A stretch of DNA of 61,436 nucleotides, counting the filler, from Nemertoderma westbladi (taxonomy: Eukaryota > Animalia > Xenacoelomorpha): the NCBI GenBank assembly GCA_032718475.1. It is 3 parts of 3 records of this genome, joined end to end, with 100 filler letters (N's around TTAATTAATTAA, not from the genome) between each part and the next. Parts side by side here need not be neighbours in the genome. Positions count along the whole stretch, not along the records: positions 1 to 20,591 come from JAUCBJ010007144.1; positions 20,692 to 50,836 come from JAUCBJ010002385.1; 1 more part is not named here. One strand, given 5' to 3'. The notes beneath the pieces were generated by a model. It made no database searches and was not told the DNA's origin. It was given only the letters and a program-made list of their open reading frames with translations. This document shows positions 11,755 to 23,392 of this stretch, in pieces. The translations under genes and the position numbers were made by a program. Positions within the stretch are counted from its first letter, which is position 1; each line of letters starts with the position of its first letter.

Positions 11755-11856
11755 CAGTGAGGCATTGTCTATGCCTCAGTGAGGCATAGTCTATGCCTCA
11801 GTGCCTCAGTGAGGCATAGTCTATGCCTCACTGAGGCATAGTCTATGCTTCACTGA
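11755..11856. repeat. Second block of the palindromic 22-bp array
   Basis: Same CTATGCCTCAGTGAGGCATAG units as 10947-11139. Confidence 0.85.
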
Positions 11857-11993
11857 ATTTTTGGACTGGATTTTTTAAATTTCTTTGGTACTGGATCCAT
11901 TAGTTTATCCTTTCTATGTCTTTCCATATGACCAGATAGATTGTCTTGTCTCATTTCTTTATTACAAACCAAACATCTTTCATCTCTATGCAT
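11850..11993 (-). pseudogene. Truncated C2H2 zinc-finger ORF (47 aa, below the ORF-track cutoff)
   Basis: Hand translation MHRDERCLVCNKEMRQDNLSGHMERHRKDKLMDPVPKKFKKSSPKIQ; Cx2Cx11Hx3H; start context TATATAATG; stops as it enters the palindromic array. Confidence 0.6.
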
Positions 11994-14321
11994 TATATAG
12001 CAATGTCAATTGATATTATGAATTTTCGCTGAATGATTTTACAAAATTTTAAATAAATAAAACATTTATGAAAATAAATAAAACTTTTAAAAATAAAAAT
12101 TAGAGAATGAATGGGAATGCGGTGAATGGGGGCTATTATAGAGGGAGGCTAGAATGGAGTTGTGAAAGAAGAATAATCTATTGCAAACCAGATGTTTATT
12201 ATAATTTTCTCAGGCGAATTGACAATGGTTTACATGATAACGAAGCTGGAGGTTTAAATAATTTAAAATTTGTGACAGGCCCACATTGGTATACAGTATA
12301 ACTCAACATAGGATTCAATGGGATTAGTCATGCTACGTCTAATAAGAGCCCAAACAGCCACAGATTATTGAGGGATTGAGCTAGGACCAAACTGGCCCAC
12401 TTTATTTTCGTGTGAGGCTAATTTATGTTGTAGGCCCCGTTCTCATCTTTATATTTCATTCTACGTTTACCTTCTATTGTACGACAAAAATAATACAAAT
12501 GTACTGTATATTGTATTATTGTTCCTATTGTATTGTATATTTCATCTGCTGTAGTACAATCTATTCATCTCGCGTCCCTATCTGATTGATTTGTGTCAAA
12601 TTAAATTACCTTTGGCAACATTATTTGATACAAATCGATTGATTAAACAATTAATTACTTGTTTAATCGACCAATTAATTAATTGTTTAATTAATTAATG
12701 ACCTACTTAACACCCAAGGTGCGAAGTAGGTCTAACCGTCACCGAAGTAGGGTAAACTATTACTACTGGTATATAATTATCAAAATCGAATAATACTGTT
12801 GTACCTGTAAGTACTGGTTCGGGTAGTTTGGGCAGTTAGGCCTACAGTTCACCGCCCGACTGGTACATATGACTTTATTGCCTACTGTGCAATAAAGAAG
12901 TAAATCTATTATTGTTCGCGCTTTCAGATCTTTAGCAGTTTAACCTGCCAATTTTAGGTGTCCTCTTGTTTATAAATCGACTTTAGCCTATAACAATTAT
13001 TTAGTGCACATGAAGTAACATTAGCCGAAGCCAGTCTATGCGCGATCATTCACCCACTGTTAAGGGAGACTGGATTCGGGTGCTTTGAAGTTATTGCGTT
13101 GCAGACCTATATGTATTATTCGATTGATCGTTACTATATAATCTCTGACAATATATTTACTTTCGGGGAAATAGTAACAGTTCCTTTAGGACGTGGCACT
13201 TTAAGTATATAAAACAGAGTTATGACTTACACTAAACACAACGGGATGGCTACTGAGTTTTGTAAATAGCGCATTCTTTAGGAGATGCTTTATTATCTGT
13301 CACACTACTTCACACGACTTCACACTGATCTGCCAACCGTCACTGAATTTGATCATATATAAGGAGGATAGCAACTGACACATGTAGGGATTATGAAATA
13401 GCATTTAATTCACATAAAAACCACTATAATGTAAGTCGCAATTGCTACAGGTAACCGGTCCCTCTTACCTTCAGTAATCAAGAAGATTGGGGTTTATGAT
13501 TATTTATCGTTATTCTCCAAATATAACAACATGTCTCTCCATATACAACAATTAATAACAGACAGTAAATAATGCGGTGAACAGTCAGTACGTGTTACTT
13601 ATGCAGTGTTGTGCAGTACTGCAGTGGTCCAGGTGTCAGCGATGTTCTCAGATAATAGATTTACGTTCTTGTAATCAAAGCCATCTAATGTTGACCAAAG
13701 TCTGAAACTTCTACAGAAGTACAGAAGAATTCCAAGCCAGTGTTCTGCTGCTCGGGAAAAAAGTAAACAAAGACCAACATGCATTGTGCGGTTTTCCGTA
13801 GGCCTCTGTAGAAGTAATATGAAAATCGCTCTGATTGGCTGGCTGAGCTAGGCAGAACAAAGAAAGGTTCCACGTTGACAGTAAATCAGCTGACAGAAAT
13901 TAAATTAAATTGCCTTTGGTAACATTATTTGATACAAATCGATTGATTAAACAATTAATTAATTGTTTAATCGACCAATTAATTAATTGTTTAATTAATT
14001 AATGACCTACTTAACACCCAAGGTGCGAAGTAGGTCTAACTGTCGCCGAAGTAGGGTAAACTATTACTACTTATACCGGTAGGTCTTAATATTTAATCAG
14101 GGAAACCCACCCTGATTTTTATTGGGATTTTACTTATCTCTGTCAGTTTTATTTATCTGTAAGTGTAATATTGAGCAGAAGGTATGTAAGCCTGCTCAGA
14201 TTGTACAAATAATTTGTAGGCTGGATTGTTGTCTAACTGTTGTTGGGTCTGAAGCGATTGCAGTGTGTGTAGAGTGTATGTCCGATAAAGTACTAGTTAG
14301 GAAGGTGGGGGCATCCAGTGT

Positions 14322-14951
14322 TGTAAGGTAAATCCCCCCCCCCCCCCCCCCCCCGAAAGAATAAGTCGTACTACTAGGTTAGAACGCCTACTAACTAACC
14401 ATTTCGGAAACTGCATATACTGTAGTTTATTTAGGCTTGACAGTAGTCTGCCAGCATTTGGTCTGTATCTTGTTTGTGTAGTCTGCACGGGTAGCGTAAT
14501 ATTTATTATTCGGAGTATATGCGAGTATTTGCAACCTTCAAACTCCCCAAGTTTATTCCTACAGTAACTGTGCTTGTTATACATACCGTTATAGTTAAAT
14601 TAACCCCGGTACTACATCAGGGCTGTTTGGCGTAGGTAAAGACTGGTGATTTTGTGCTCCGGTCACTCCAGCAGATACCGTGGTTCTTTTGGCTGTTCAA
14701 GGGTGAAGTATATCATTATTTTGCGTAATTATATTATTTGAATTATTTTTGTGTATTCGGATCTAAATTATTACTTGAAATATTAAGGTTACTATGTGCG
14801 TTTAAATTGTAATCGTTCGGGTTTAAATTACTACTATCGGGCAAAATATTATTTCCTGCAATGAAAGTTTGATTAGGGTTATCCACTACGGTACTATTAA
14901 TATTAACGTTCTCTAAGGTATTGTTATTACCCCCCCGCCCGTACGATTACA
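14322..14951 (+). mobile_element. Possible LTR of another family
   Basis: Bounded by TGTAA...TTACA; purine tract AGGAAGGTGGGGG 10 nt upstream; cuts the family B ORF at 14952; no TSD seen. Confidence 0.35.
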
Positions 14952-16767
14952 CCACTCTTGGGTCTGTCGTCCAGTCCCTGTAAGTGGGGTATTAACAAAT
15001 GTTTCCATAACTTCTGGCTCCCCATAAATACTACCCGAGCCAGCCTCACTTTCTAACAGCCCCAACTGCGCCAGTTCTAGTCGGCGCTTTTGTTTGGCTT
15101 GATATTGCATAAGCCTCCTCAACCGGGCGTGCATATCATCCCGTACACGCTTTCCCATTCTCTCTCTCTCCCTATCCTCTCGCAAACTCTGGTCAGCCAA
15201 TTCCGCCTCTCTCGCAATCCTCTCAAGTCGTCTTGGCTCAAGCTCTTTTCGCTCGGTCACCCCTCTCGCCTCACGTTCTTTTCGTTCATTCTTTTCTCTT
15301 GCCTCACGCTCTTTACGTTCACTCGCCTCTTTCGCCTCTCGCTCTTTGCGTTCACGCGCCTCTTTCAGCCTCTCGCTTTTCTCGCTCCTTTCCTTCCCTT
15401 TTTTCTATCTCCTCACACTCCCTAAAGTTTCTTGCGACCCTCTCGGCCCTCTCTTTATTCTCTCTGGCCAACTCTCTCTCTTTCTTTAGCAACGCAGCTC
15501 CCTCCTCCAGCTGCCTCTCTAACTCCTTTTGGTCTAGCACCACAATATCCAACTGGCACGCCAGATCTATTTCTAGCACCCTTCTTACTTTTGCAAAGGA
15601 TGTAGCAGACTTGTCGGTCGCGACGGACTCCCGTCGCCTCCCCGTCCTACTAACTTTCCCCCACTTTCTGAGGCTTTCGCCGACCAAAGAGACCAAATCC
15701 TCGGGGTTAACCTCGGATTCGCCCTCACGCGGTCTCTCCCAACCCACTAACTTAATTCCCCTGGCATCCACTAAGTACGGCCCTATGTACACTACACCGG
15801 GCTCCATACCCCTAGATTGCCACAGTTCGGGTGGGCTGTCCGTCGCCCTCGGCCTGTGGCTGGCCGGCGACATCGGTACCTCGTGCGCCGTTGTGCGTCG
15901 ACTCGTTTCTCCCTACTCTCCACTCGCTCGTCCCTCGTTGTGGTAGACGGCCGCCCTCCGCCTGAGCTACCGGTTCGCTCCTCTCCGGCGAGTCCGGTGT
16001 TGCGGGTCGATACCGTCGCGTCGCAGCCTCGCGGATCGTTTCGTTCGTATCGTCCGGGGTCCGCGGCGGTGTCGTCTCTCCCTCTGAATCTCGGGGTTCA
16101 CTCATCTTTGTCTGTCTCTCTCTCTTTATGGCTGAACAGTCACAGTTCTTTAGGTCAGCTGGTAACTTTACACTGTGACAGGATCAGAGGATCCCGACCG
16201 AGTATGGTTTATTTACGCGTCAAGGGCTGCACCGTTTGATTGGAAAAGATAAAGTTTGTTGTTCTGATATTCTTGATAAGCGGTAAAATATATATATAGT
16301 ATACAATAGTGAAATAACAGATAGCATGAGATAACTGAATTGACTGTAAGTACCGATAAAATACAATAATTGGTGACGGCGATGACGGTGTAAAGTGTTG
16401 CCGTACTGCCCTAAGCAACTGAGATAACTGAACACTTGGCACTAACCGATAATATTATATACCTACATTACCTATGGCCATTGTACTCAGCGGATGCATC
16501 TCTTGGCTCTCATTGGCCAATAACCTAATTCTCGCCCTCAACTCTGTGGGAGTGTTTCCCCCCCCCCCCCCCCCCCCCACTGCTGTTACTTTCCCTTCCC
16601 GGAGGTTTAACCTATAACCTCTATTGTGTGTCCTTTGGGGTTTGTCGTCCCCGTTTATTGGGGGTGACACAAGGTTGATTGGCAATCAACCTCGTGCTTC
16701 CCAATATTGCTTAAAGGCGTCCTTTCCCAACTTTATGGGGTGGTTAGCGGAATTGAATCCGTTAACA
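14952..16767 (-). mobile_element. Family B LTR element (copy 2): complete 5' LTR 16767-16174 plus frameshifted gag-position ORF
   Basis: LTR TGTTAACGGATTCAATTCCGC...GATCCTGTCACA (594 bp); ORF pieces 16105-15812, 15873-15352 and 15260-14952 are homologous to 2937-3800 with a longer E/R/K coiled coil. Confidence 0.8.
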
Positions 16768-17683
16768 AAGAGAGAGTAGAGTGGAGTTAGAGTGGAGCCG
16801 AAGTGGAGTTAGAGTGAGAAGTTAGAGTTCAGAGTGAGGGAGTTTTTAAAATTGTGTGAGGATTCCACAATTGTCTCAAACAGAGATGCCAGATGTCTTA
16901 GTGCAACATAGGTTGCGGTTGCACCAAGAAGGGGTAGTAATATCATACCCAGAGGGAGCGGCCTGGAAAGCCGACTCCAAGTAAAAGAACTCCACCCCAC
17001 ATCCGATAGTAGATCGGGTTCCAGCGGAATTGAAGCGCACTCATAGGTGATGCTATCTTCTCACCAGGAAGATAGCATGGGGGGGGGGAGTGTGAGCGGA
17101 TTCAATTCCGCCTCATTACCCCCATAAAGTTGGGAAGTGGCACCCTTTTCAGTAATATTGGAGATACGAGATTGATAACAACCAATCTCGTATCGCACCC
17201 AATAATGGGGATAACACAAACCCCAAAAGCCACACAAAGGGAGGTTAGAGGTCAAACCACCTCGAGAGGGAAAAGTAACCAACAAGGGCCAACAGGGGGG
17301 AAGCACTCCCAGAGAGGTGAAAGGTGTGAATTAGGTTATCAGCCAATAGGAGCGGGGGAAAGCATCCACTGGACAAAGGCCACAGTAAAGTAGAGGCAAT
17401 CACATATATATTATGCTGTTACTGATCCCATTATTCAGTTTACTCAGTCATCAGTTTAGTGCAGGCCGGCAACATAGTTTGACCGTCATTGCGGTGCTGC
17501 TATACATATATCATCAATATTTACCGGTCATTCATTTACTCAGTGCTACCATCAGTTTATATTATACCGGTATTATCCGTTGAACACCGAACTCAAACCC
17601 TTTTGAATTTTACCATATCCACCCATCAGCCTGCTGTGACGCGTAGGAACTAAACCCGGTCGGGATCCCTTGATCCCGTCACA
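16768..17683 (+). mobile_element. Family B element 3' end (copy 3): structured internal region, PPT, 3' LTR 17091-17683
   Basis: Hairpin ATGCTATCTTC/GAAGATAGCAT 17050-17078, G-tract PPT 17079-17090, LTR TGTGAGCGGATTCAATTCCGC...GATCCCGTCACA (593 bp). Confidence 0.8.
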
Positions 17684-19159
17684 CAGGATATAGCAGCAGT
17701 TGTTGCATTGCGGGTTTCCTTATAGTGTGTAAGCGTTACCTGGTTTTTGTTTCTTTCATAAGCCTGCATTGACTTGTGTTTTGCAGATATCAGTTGTAGA
17801 ATACTGGGTGTAACCCATGGTTCTGCATTGGTCCGTACACGTTTAGTATGCATTGGGGCTAGTGTGTTAGGTTATCTTGCAGCACATTGGTTAAGAGTGT
17901 GGCTGCTCTATTTACATCCGATATTGAGGTAATTTTGTGCAGCTGTGTGTCAGCTTGCAACCTCTCTAACACAGCCTCTTTGGTATATGACTTGTATGAG
18001 CGGCATTTCCTGTATGTATGGCCGTCTTTGGCTGCTTTGACCTTCTTCCTCGTTACATATACCATGTGATGATCACTAAGACCGCAGTGTATCACGCCAG
18101 AACTGCTGATGATATTATCTGTTGATATGAACACATGATCGATAGTTGTTGATGTTGTTTCAGTAACTCTCGTAGGCTCATTGATCAGTTGTTTTAACGA
18201 CATTGAACGGCAGAAGGATAGTAAGTGATATGCAGGGTCCGAGTAGTGCAACTTTGTTCGTAGTTTCATTGATGGTGTCTTCTTTGTTTCGCTATTGAGC
18301 ATGGTGGTGTCAGCATTCGTATCTCCAAAACATAAACTTCATTGAATGATGATGTGTCCCCCAGAAAGTTCTCCAGGTCTGGGAAGAAGTGTGGTGAAAA
18401 AGCAGAGTGGGGATTGTAAGCAACACAAATTAGTATCGGTTTGGTTGATGGCAGATGAAGTGTAAACATGAGAGCTTCCAGTTGTGTGTCATCCTTTTGT
18501 ATGAGTCTTGAGTAACCTAGTTTGTCTGCGATGTATACCGCAACTCCCCCACCATTCCTGTTGCGGTCATTCCTCTCTAATATGTAGCCATTGATTGCGA
18601 GTTCGCCATTAGGGATAGTTTCGTCTAGCCAAGTTTCAGATAGACAGAGCACCTGAATGATGCCTTGGTTTAATATAATTTGCAGTTTGCCGATTTTTGG
18701 TTTTAGGCTCTGAATATTTTGGTGGGCTATGTGTATCCCGCGCTTGTTGAATACTGAAAATGGAGGTTTGTTAATCTGTTGCCATAGAATCGTAGGAGCT
18801 GGGGTGTAGGCTGTGGACATGTCAAAGACATGGACCAAAGGGGAGCCGGGCACGGCCAGGTGTTGTTGTGTTGAAAGCTCTGGGGGAGGAGGGCAGAGGG
18901 TTGACGGCGCTCCATCTGGGGGAGGAGGGCAGGGCATTGACGGCGCCCCCTTGGGGGGAAGGTGGCAGAGGGTTGACGTGACCCCCTCGGGAGGAGGGGG
19001 GCAGAGGGTTGACGTGAACCCCTCGGGAGGAGGGGGCAGAGCATTGACAGCGTCCCCATGGGGGCAGGGGGGCAGAGGGTTGATGGCACCCCCTCGTGAA
19101 GTCGGTAGGAGGCAGGTAGAGTGTTGACGGCGCCTCCTTGGGGAGACTATGTCTTCCAT
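17684..19159 (-). mobile_element. CR1/L2-group LINE fragment, frameshifted APE endonuclease
   Basis: HQNIQSL, LCLSETWL, DRNRNGGGVAVYI, GDTN (frameshift ~18328), EPTRVT..TIDHVF, SDHHMVY, EPWVT; truncated at the family B LTR. Confidence 0.85.
18880..19145. repeat. ~36-39-bp G-rich minisatellite upstream of the endonuclease
   Basis: About seven units of GGGGGCAGAGGGTTGACGGCGCCCCCTCGGGAGGA; reads as STLCPPPPEG-type repeats. Confidence 0.85.
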
Positions 19160-19399
19160 ATTTCATTTCTTTGTGTCAGTCGGAACATCATATTATTATT
19201 ATTATTATTATTATTATTTATATAAATTTACACTAAATAATGCTATAAATGCCATACATATTGCTATATCTATATCTTAATTTTTTAGTGTTTTCCATAT
19301 TTCGAGTTGCTGTTATATTATTTTAATTACGTAGGTACTATACTATATACGGTCTACCATATTTTATTTAGTTGCATGTTAAACAATTACTGCACGTGA

Positions 19400-19612
19400 T
19401 TTCTGTTTAATTCCGTTTAATTTAAAGGACCTCCATGGAAACGCGGTATAACCTCATGGGGCTATCCCTAACATTGTACTGTACTATAATTTAATATTAT
19501 GTTGGTTGCATTATTTTTAAAACAGACAATCTCCATATACCGGTTTTTAATATGCTGTTTGCTGTTTATGTTATTGTTATGTACGAAGTTGATAAAAAAC
19601 TTCAACTTCACT
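19400..19612 (+). mobile_element. Possible LINE 3' UTR remnant
   Basis: GGACCTCCATGGAAAC...GGGCTATCCC motif, T-rich UTR, then GATAAAAAA-CTTCAACTTCA short tandem tail as in L2-group ends. Confidence 0.35.
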
Positions 19613-20591
19613 CCATACTCTGATACTACCACAAAGGGGGTTTAAGCAGGATGCGTTTCACCTGTCAATTTACTTCAAGGTGAATTGGTGGCAACCAAAT
19701 CAGGTTGACACTTTTAAAAATTAAAATAAAAAAAGAACGGAACATAAATTTAAAAAACTGATCACACAATAAATGGTCAATTTTGACATTGGCTTTCTAC
19801 TGATATAAAAATTAATTTACCTAGTGTATGTATTTTTTTCCAAAAGAAATTTATTTATTTTGAATGCATTTACAGTCTGACAGTGAGGGGAACAGAAAAT
19901 TAATCTGGTTGACTGTTCTACACTGACTGACTGAGTAGGCAGTAGGCGACTGACAACTGACAGGTGTTAGTGTTAGGAGTCTTACGTCTTAGGACTACTG
20001 CAGTAAGGGTCCTACTGCTTTCAGTGTTAGGCAAAAGTAGGCCTAAGCAGCTAGGCTTGTACAGTCTGCAATCTGACAGTTGTAGTTGTACCTAGAATAA
20101 TTGCTGAAATGCAGAAATGCATCGGGTCGGATTGGACTGCATCTGACTGTCTGACTATAAATGCACCCTACTGCCCTACAGCCCTATCTGCCTATAATGT
20201 TTGGTTGCCCTTCTTCTGTTCTTGGGAACTGGCACCAACTTATTTGTTTTAATTTCTTGTGGGACTCTTACAGTCTTATGCCAAAAACGGCAGGTCAAAA
20301 ACTTCCAATTTTGGAACTAGAGGTTACAGTACCGGTATCAAAATTGTAATCATAAATAAACAAAAGCACGTTTAATTTTTTTTATCATGGTGAAAAGTTT
20401 CTAAAGGCATTAAATTATGGTTTTTTGCAAAATTTAGTTAATCCCAGCCCATATTAGCTGACCCTGGACAGAACATCAAAAATTCCAATTTTGGCATGAA
20501 AACTGCCAATTTTGACTGATTCAAGACTGACTTCATCACAGACCGCGATTATATTTCTGGACATATTTTGACTGTAACTGGCACTACCAGC

Positions 20592-20691
20592 NNNNNNNNN
20601 NNNNNNNNNNNNNNNNNNNNNNNNNNNNNNNNNNNTTAATTAATTAANNNNNNNNNNNNNNNNNNNNNNNNNNNNNNNNNNNNNNNNNNNN
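20592..20691. other. Artificial contig spacer
   Basis: 44 N + TTAATTAATTAA (stops in all six frames) + 44 N = exactly 100 bp. Confidence 0.97.
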
Positions 20692-20830
20692 AAACTTGTT
20701 GCTGGAGTCCTCACACACAGAAACAAGTTTCGGAAACAAGTTGCAGCAACAAGTTTCTGTGTGTGAGGGGGTCCAGCAACAAGTTTCAGAAACAAGTTGC
20801 AGAAACAAGTTGCTCCGTGTGAGGGGGGCC
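20692..20830. mobile_element. Right end of a PIF/Harbinger-like MITE
   Basis: Ends GTGTGAGGGGGGCC followed by TTA; internal CAGAAACAAGTT repeats and a palindrome; left end lost in the gap. Confidence 0.55.
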
Positions 20831-22399
20831 TTAAAGATATAACTATTTACATACTTGTGTGTAAAGTAGGCCTAGCACTTTACAGTGTGATGATCCGAGT
20901 GCATTGTTACAAGAACGAACGTAATGAGTGAATGAGTAATGAATGAGGATCGCCTAGAACACTGTAAAGTACTTTGCTACAAGTGTATGTAGTTTTATTC
21001 CAAAATTTTAACATTACGAAATGATTGTATATATATTATAAGTGATAGAAACTGCACAAATTAAATTGACATTGACATAAATTATGTTTTAAAAACATTA
21101 GCTTATATTTATGGTGGTGTTTGGAGCCATGTTAATTGTTTATACCTACTGGTTATTAATAGCTAACGGTAGGTAATGCAGTAGGCCTTATCTGGCTGTC
21201 AGGCAATTTATATTAGATTCCAACTACTTTGTGTATGTGGTTACCATGACGGCGTAACTTTACGGTCACGCAGCTTTACACTTTACCTAAATAATAACAC
21301 GAAATACAATACTAAATGTACAGGCCAATACAATGCTGTAATGTCCTCTAAGGTTGTAAAGTGCTAAATAACAACTCGCTGTTAATACTAACGGCGGCAT
21401 TGAGTAATGTTACAATTTCAAGTCTATGAAGTTAAAAGCATAAAGAGCTATAGCTCTATACGTATAAATCCTAATCCAGAATTCTATATTGAATAAATTT
21501 ATTTATGAATGAGATAATATTGGTTATTATTATTATTTAACATATTAAATTATGTCTATGTATTGTAACTGTAATATCATTGCTTACCCATACAATAAGA
21601 ATGTAATATTTATCGTATTATATTAATAATTGTAAAGGACTACTTATTGTAATAATCATTGTTTACCATATAATAAGTATGTAAGAATAATTACAAGATC
21701 AAAAATTCCTATAACAGTATTTCGGAAACAACCTGAACCACATATTTTGGATTCTATATTACCTTGTTAATGATAAAAAAAAAGTATATTCAATTTTATT
21801 TTGCTGATTATATGTTTATTCATGGAAATTCTGCGGAAATTTGCATAAACAAGCCAAACAAAACGAACAGTAGGGAGGCCTACTGCAGTACAGAGTACAT
21901 AGTACTACAGAATGACGTAATTTCCTTAGTTTACGGCTATCAGATGATATTATTTTGATTATTTCGAATTTAAGGAATCCTATTTAGATAATCGGAAATT
22001 TTTTGAAGCCCTTGACTGTTGGTAAGCTATCTGGAACTGTTTTCTGACTATTGGTGAGTTTTTCAGACTGTTGGTAGGTCTTTTTCTGTTGTCCTCAATA
22101 CAATGGTATTGTCATTAATCAGACCTATCCCGGGCGCAGCCACGTTCACGGGTTTAGTACCAGATCAGAGTTTATTAAGATTATTTGACTTTTAAATTGA
22201 ATATAAAAAGTGTAAAAATTGCAGGGGTCATATGACAAGCTGTCCTCCCCCCTACCACAAAAGTGGGAGGGACGTGACCCCCCCCCCTGTGTCTGCGCCA
22301 CTTGAAAACAGAGTGGGAGGTATGAATGGGGAGTAAAGTGTGACAACGCGGAAGTATGAGGGTGCGAGTGGAGACGAGGATGGGGATGAGTCCAAGGGA

Positions 22400-23183
22400 A
22401 AGGAGCGAAGATATGAGTGGCAAAATTATGTGAGTAGGAGGCGGGCATCTAAAAAGAGACAGCGCAAACCTTGGCACACCAAAACTCGCAGGGGTGTTGG
22501 GTAGTAACACCAGACCCAGTGGGGCCAGCACGGGAAACTGGCCCTAGAGAAGATGATCCCACTTCATATCTGCTAATAGATCGGATTCCCCGGAGATGGA
22601 GCGCAATCTATGTTAGATGCTATCTTCCAACCAGGAAGATAGCATGGGGGGGGGGGGGCAATCTACTAATATTGGCCGGAAGTGACATGTAAGCAGGATG
22701 TAGCTATAGAGTAGGACGACCTAGCAGGTGGACCGACCAATTCACCTACAGTAAGCCAAGGGCCAACACAGCTCAAGGGATAGATAGCTACATGGCATGA
22801 TTTGTAGGACGGCCAATGGGAGGGGGCTTTATATCAACCGGTAGGTAATCATTGTTATGGTGCGATGGCCCAATGGTCGACATTTTGTCATGTATACCTT
22901 TCTGCATTAGCAGTCAGTTGGCAAAAACACCCACAGTGAGCGAATAGTTTTGTATTGTTGCCACTGCGCTAGTCCACCTACATAGGGTACTGGTAATTGT
23001 ACAATCGGACAACTGAGAATATTAACATCACTCAAACAAACTCGACTTATTATTACCGGCCCTAGGGCCAGAATTAGTCCATCACCAAAAGATATAAGCC
23101 AGGCAGCGCGTAAGCAAAACAAAAACCACCTCACTACAAAAGTCGAATGGTCGGGATCTGGAGCCAACACGGATCCCGTCACA
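22400..23183 (+). mobile_element. Diverged family B 3' end (copy 4)
   Basis: Internal region alignable to 16845-17090; hairpin 22617-22645; G-tract 22646-22658; end CGGGATC-(13 nt)-GATCCCGTCACA at 23183; LTR start appears deleted. Confidence 0.65.
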
Positions 23184-23392
23184 CCTCTCAACAACAGGCC
23201 TGATGTTGAGAAGGCCGTGCCGTTAAAATCAGAAGTTGAATTTAATAAGTAAAGTAAAGATTGATAACAATAATGGAGGCCTAGTGCACATCCTAGTCCC
23301 AATACACCAATTTCAGGCTTTTAATAAATTGTACCGTACTACATAGGCCTACCGTCGTTCTATTGCCTCGCTGCTATCCTTCCTGCTGCGAA

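Larger units (their letters stand above)
7900..13897. repeat. Long inverted repeat: arms 7900-~9641 and ~12161-13897, ~2.5-kb spacer
   Basis: Arms are reverse complements with few substitutions and one small indel; ORFs 7924-8112 and 13685-13873 are mirror images. Confidence 0.95.
9036..14071. mobile_element. Non-autonomous Polinton/Maverick-like element
   Basis: Termini AG(C/T)AGTAATAGTTTACCCTACTTCGG at 9036, and inverted at 12767 and 14071. 6-bp direct repeat TATACC at 9030-9035 and 14072-14077. Inverted repeat up to ~600 bp; AT-rich interior with small ORFs; no pPolB, integrase or capsid gene present. Confidence 0.7.

Noticed and set aside
7900-13897. 1.7-kb TIRs of one foldback transposon
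   Set aside because: The outer ends fall inside a BEL LTR with no TSD; the real termini and TSD are at 9036 and 14071.
16768-17090. Hammerhead ribozyme (retrozyme) in family B
   Set aside because: No CTGANGA...GAAA core with flanking helices was found by eye.
23247-23257. TSD AAGTAAAGTAA for the CR1/L2 LINE (matches 29564-29574)
   Set aside because: Low-complexity match overlapping the poly(A) tail, and the 5' end cannot be placed independently.
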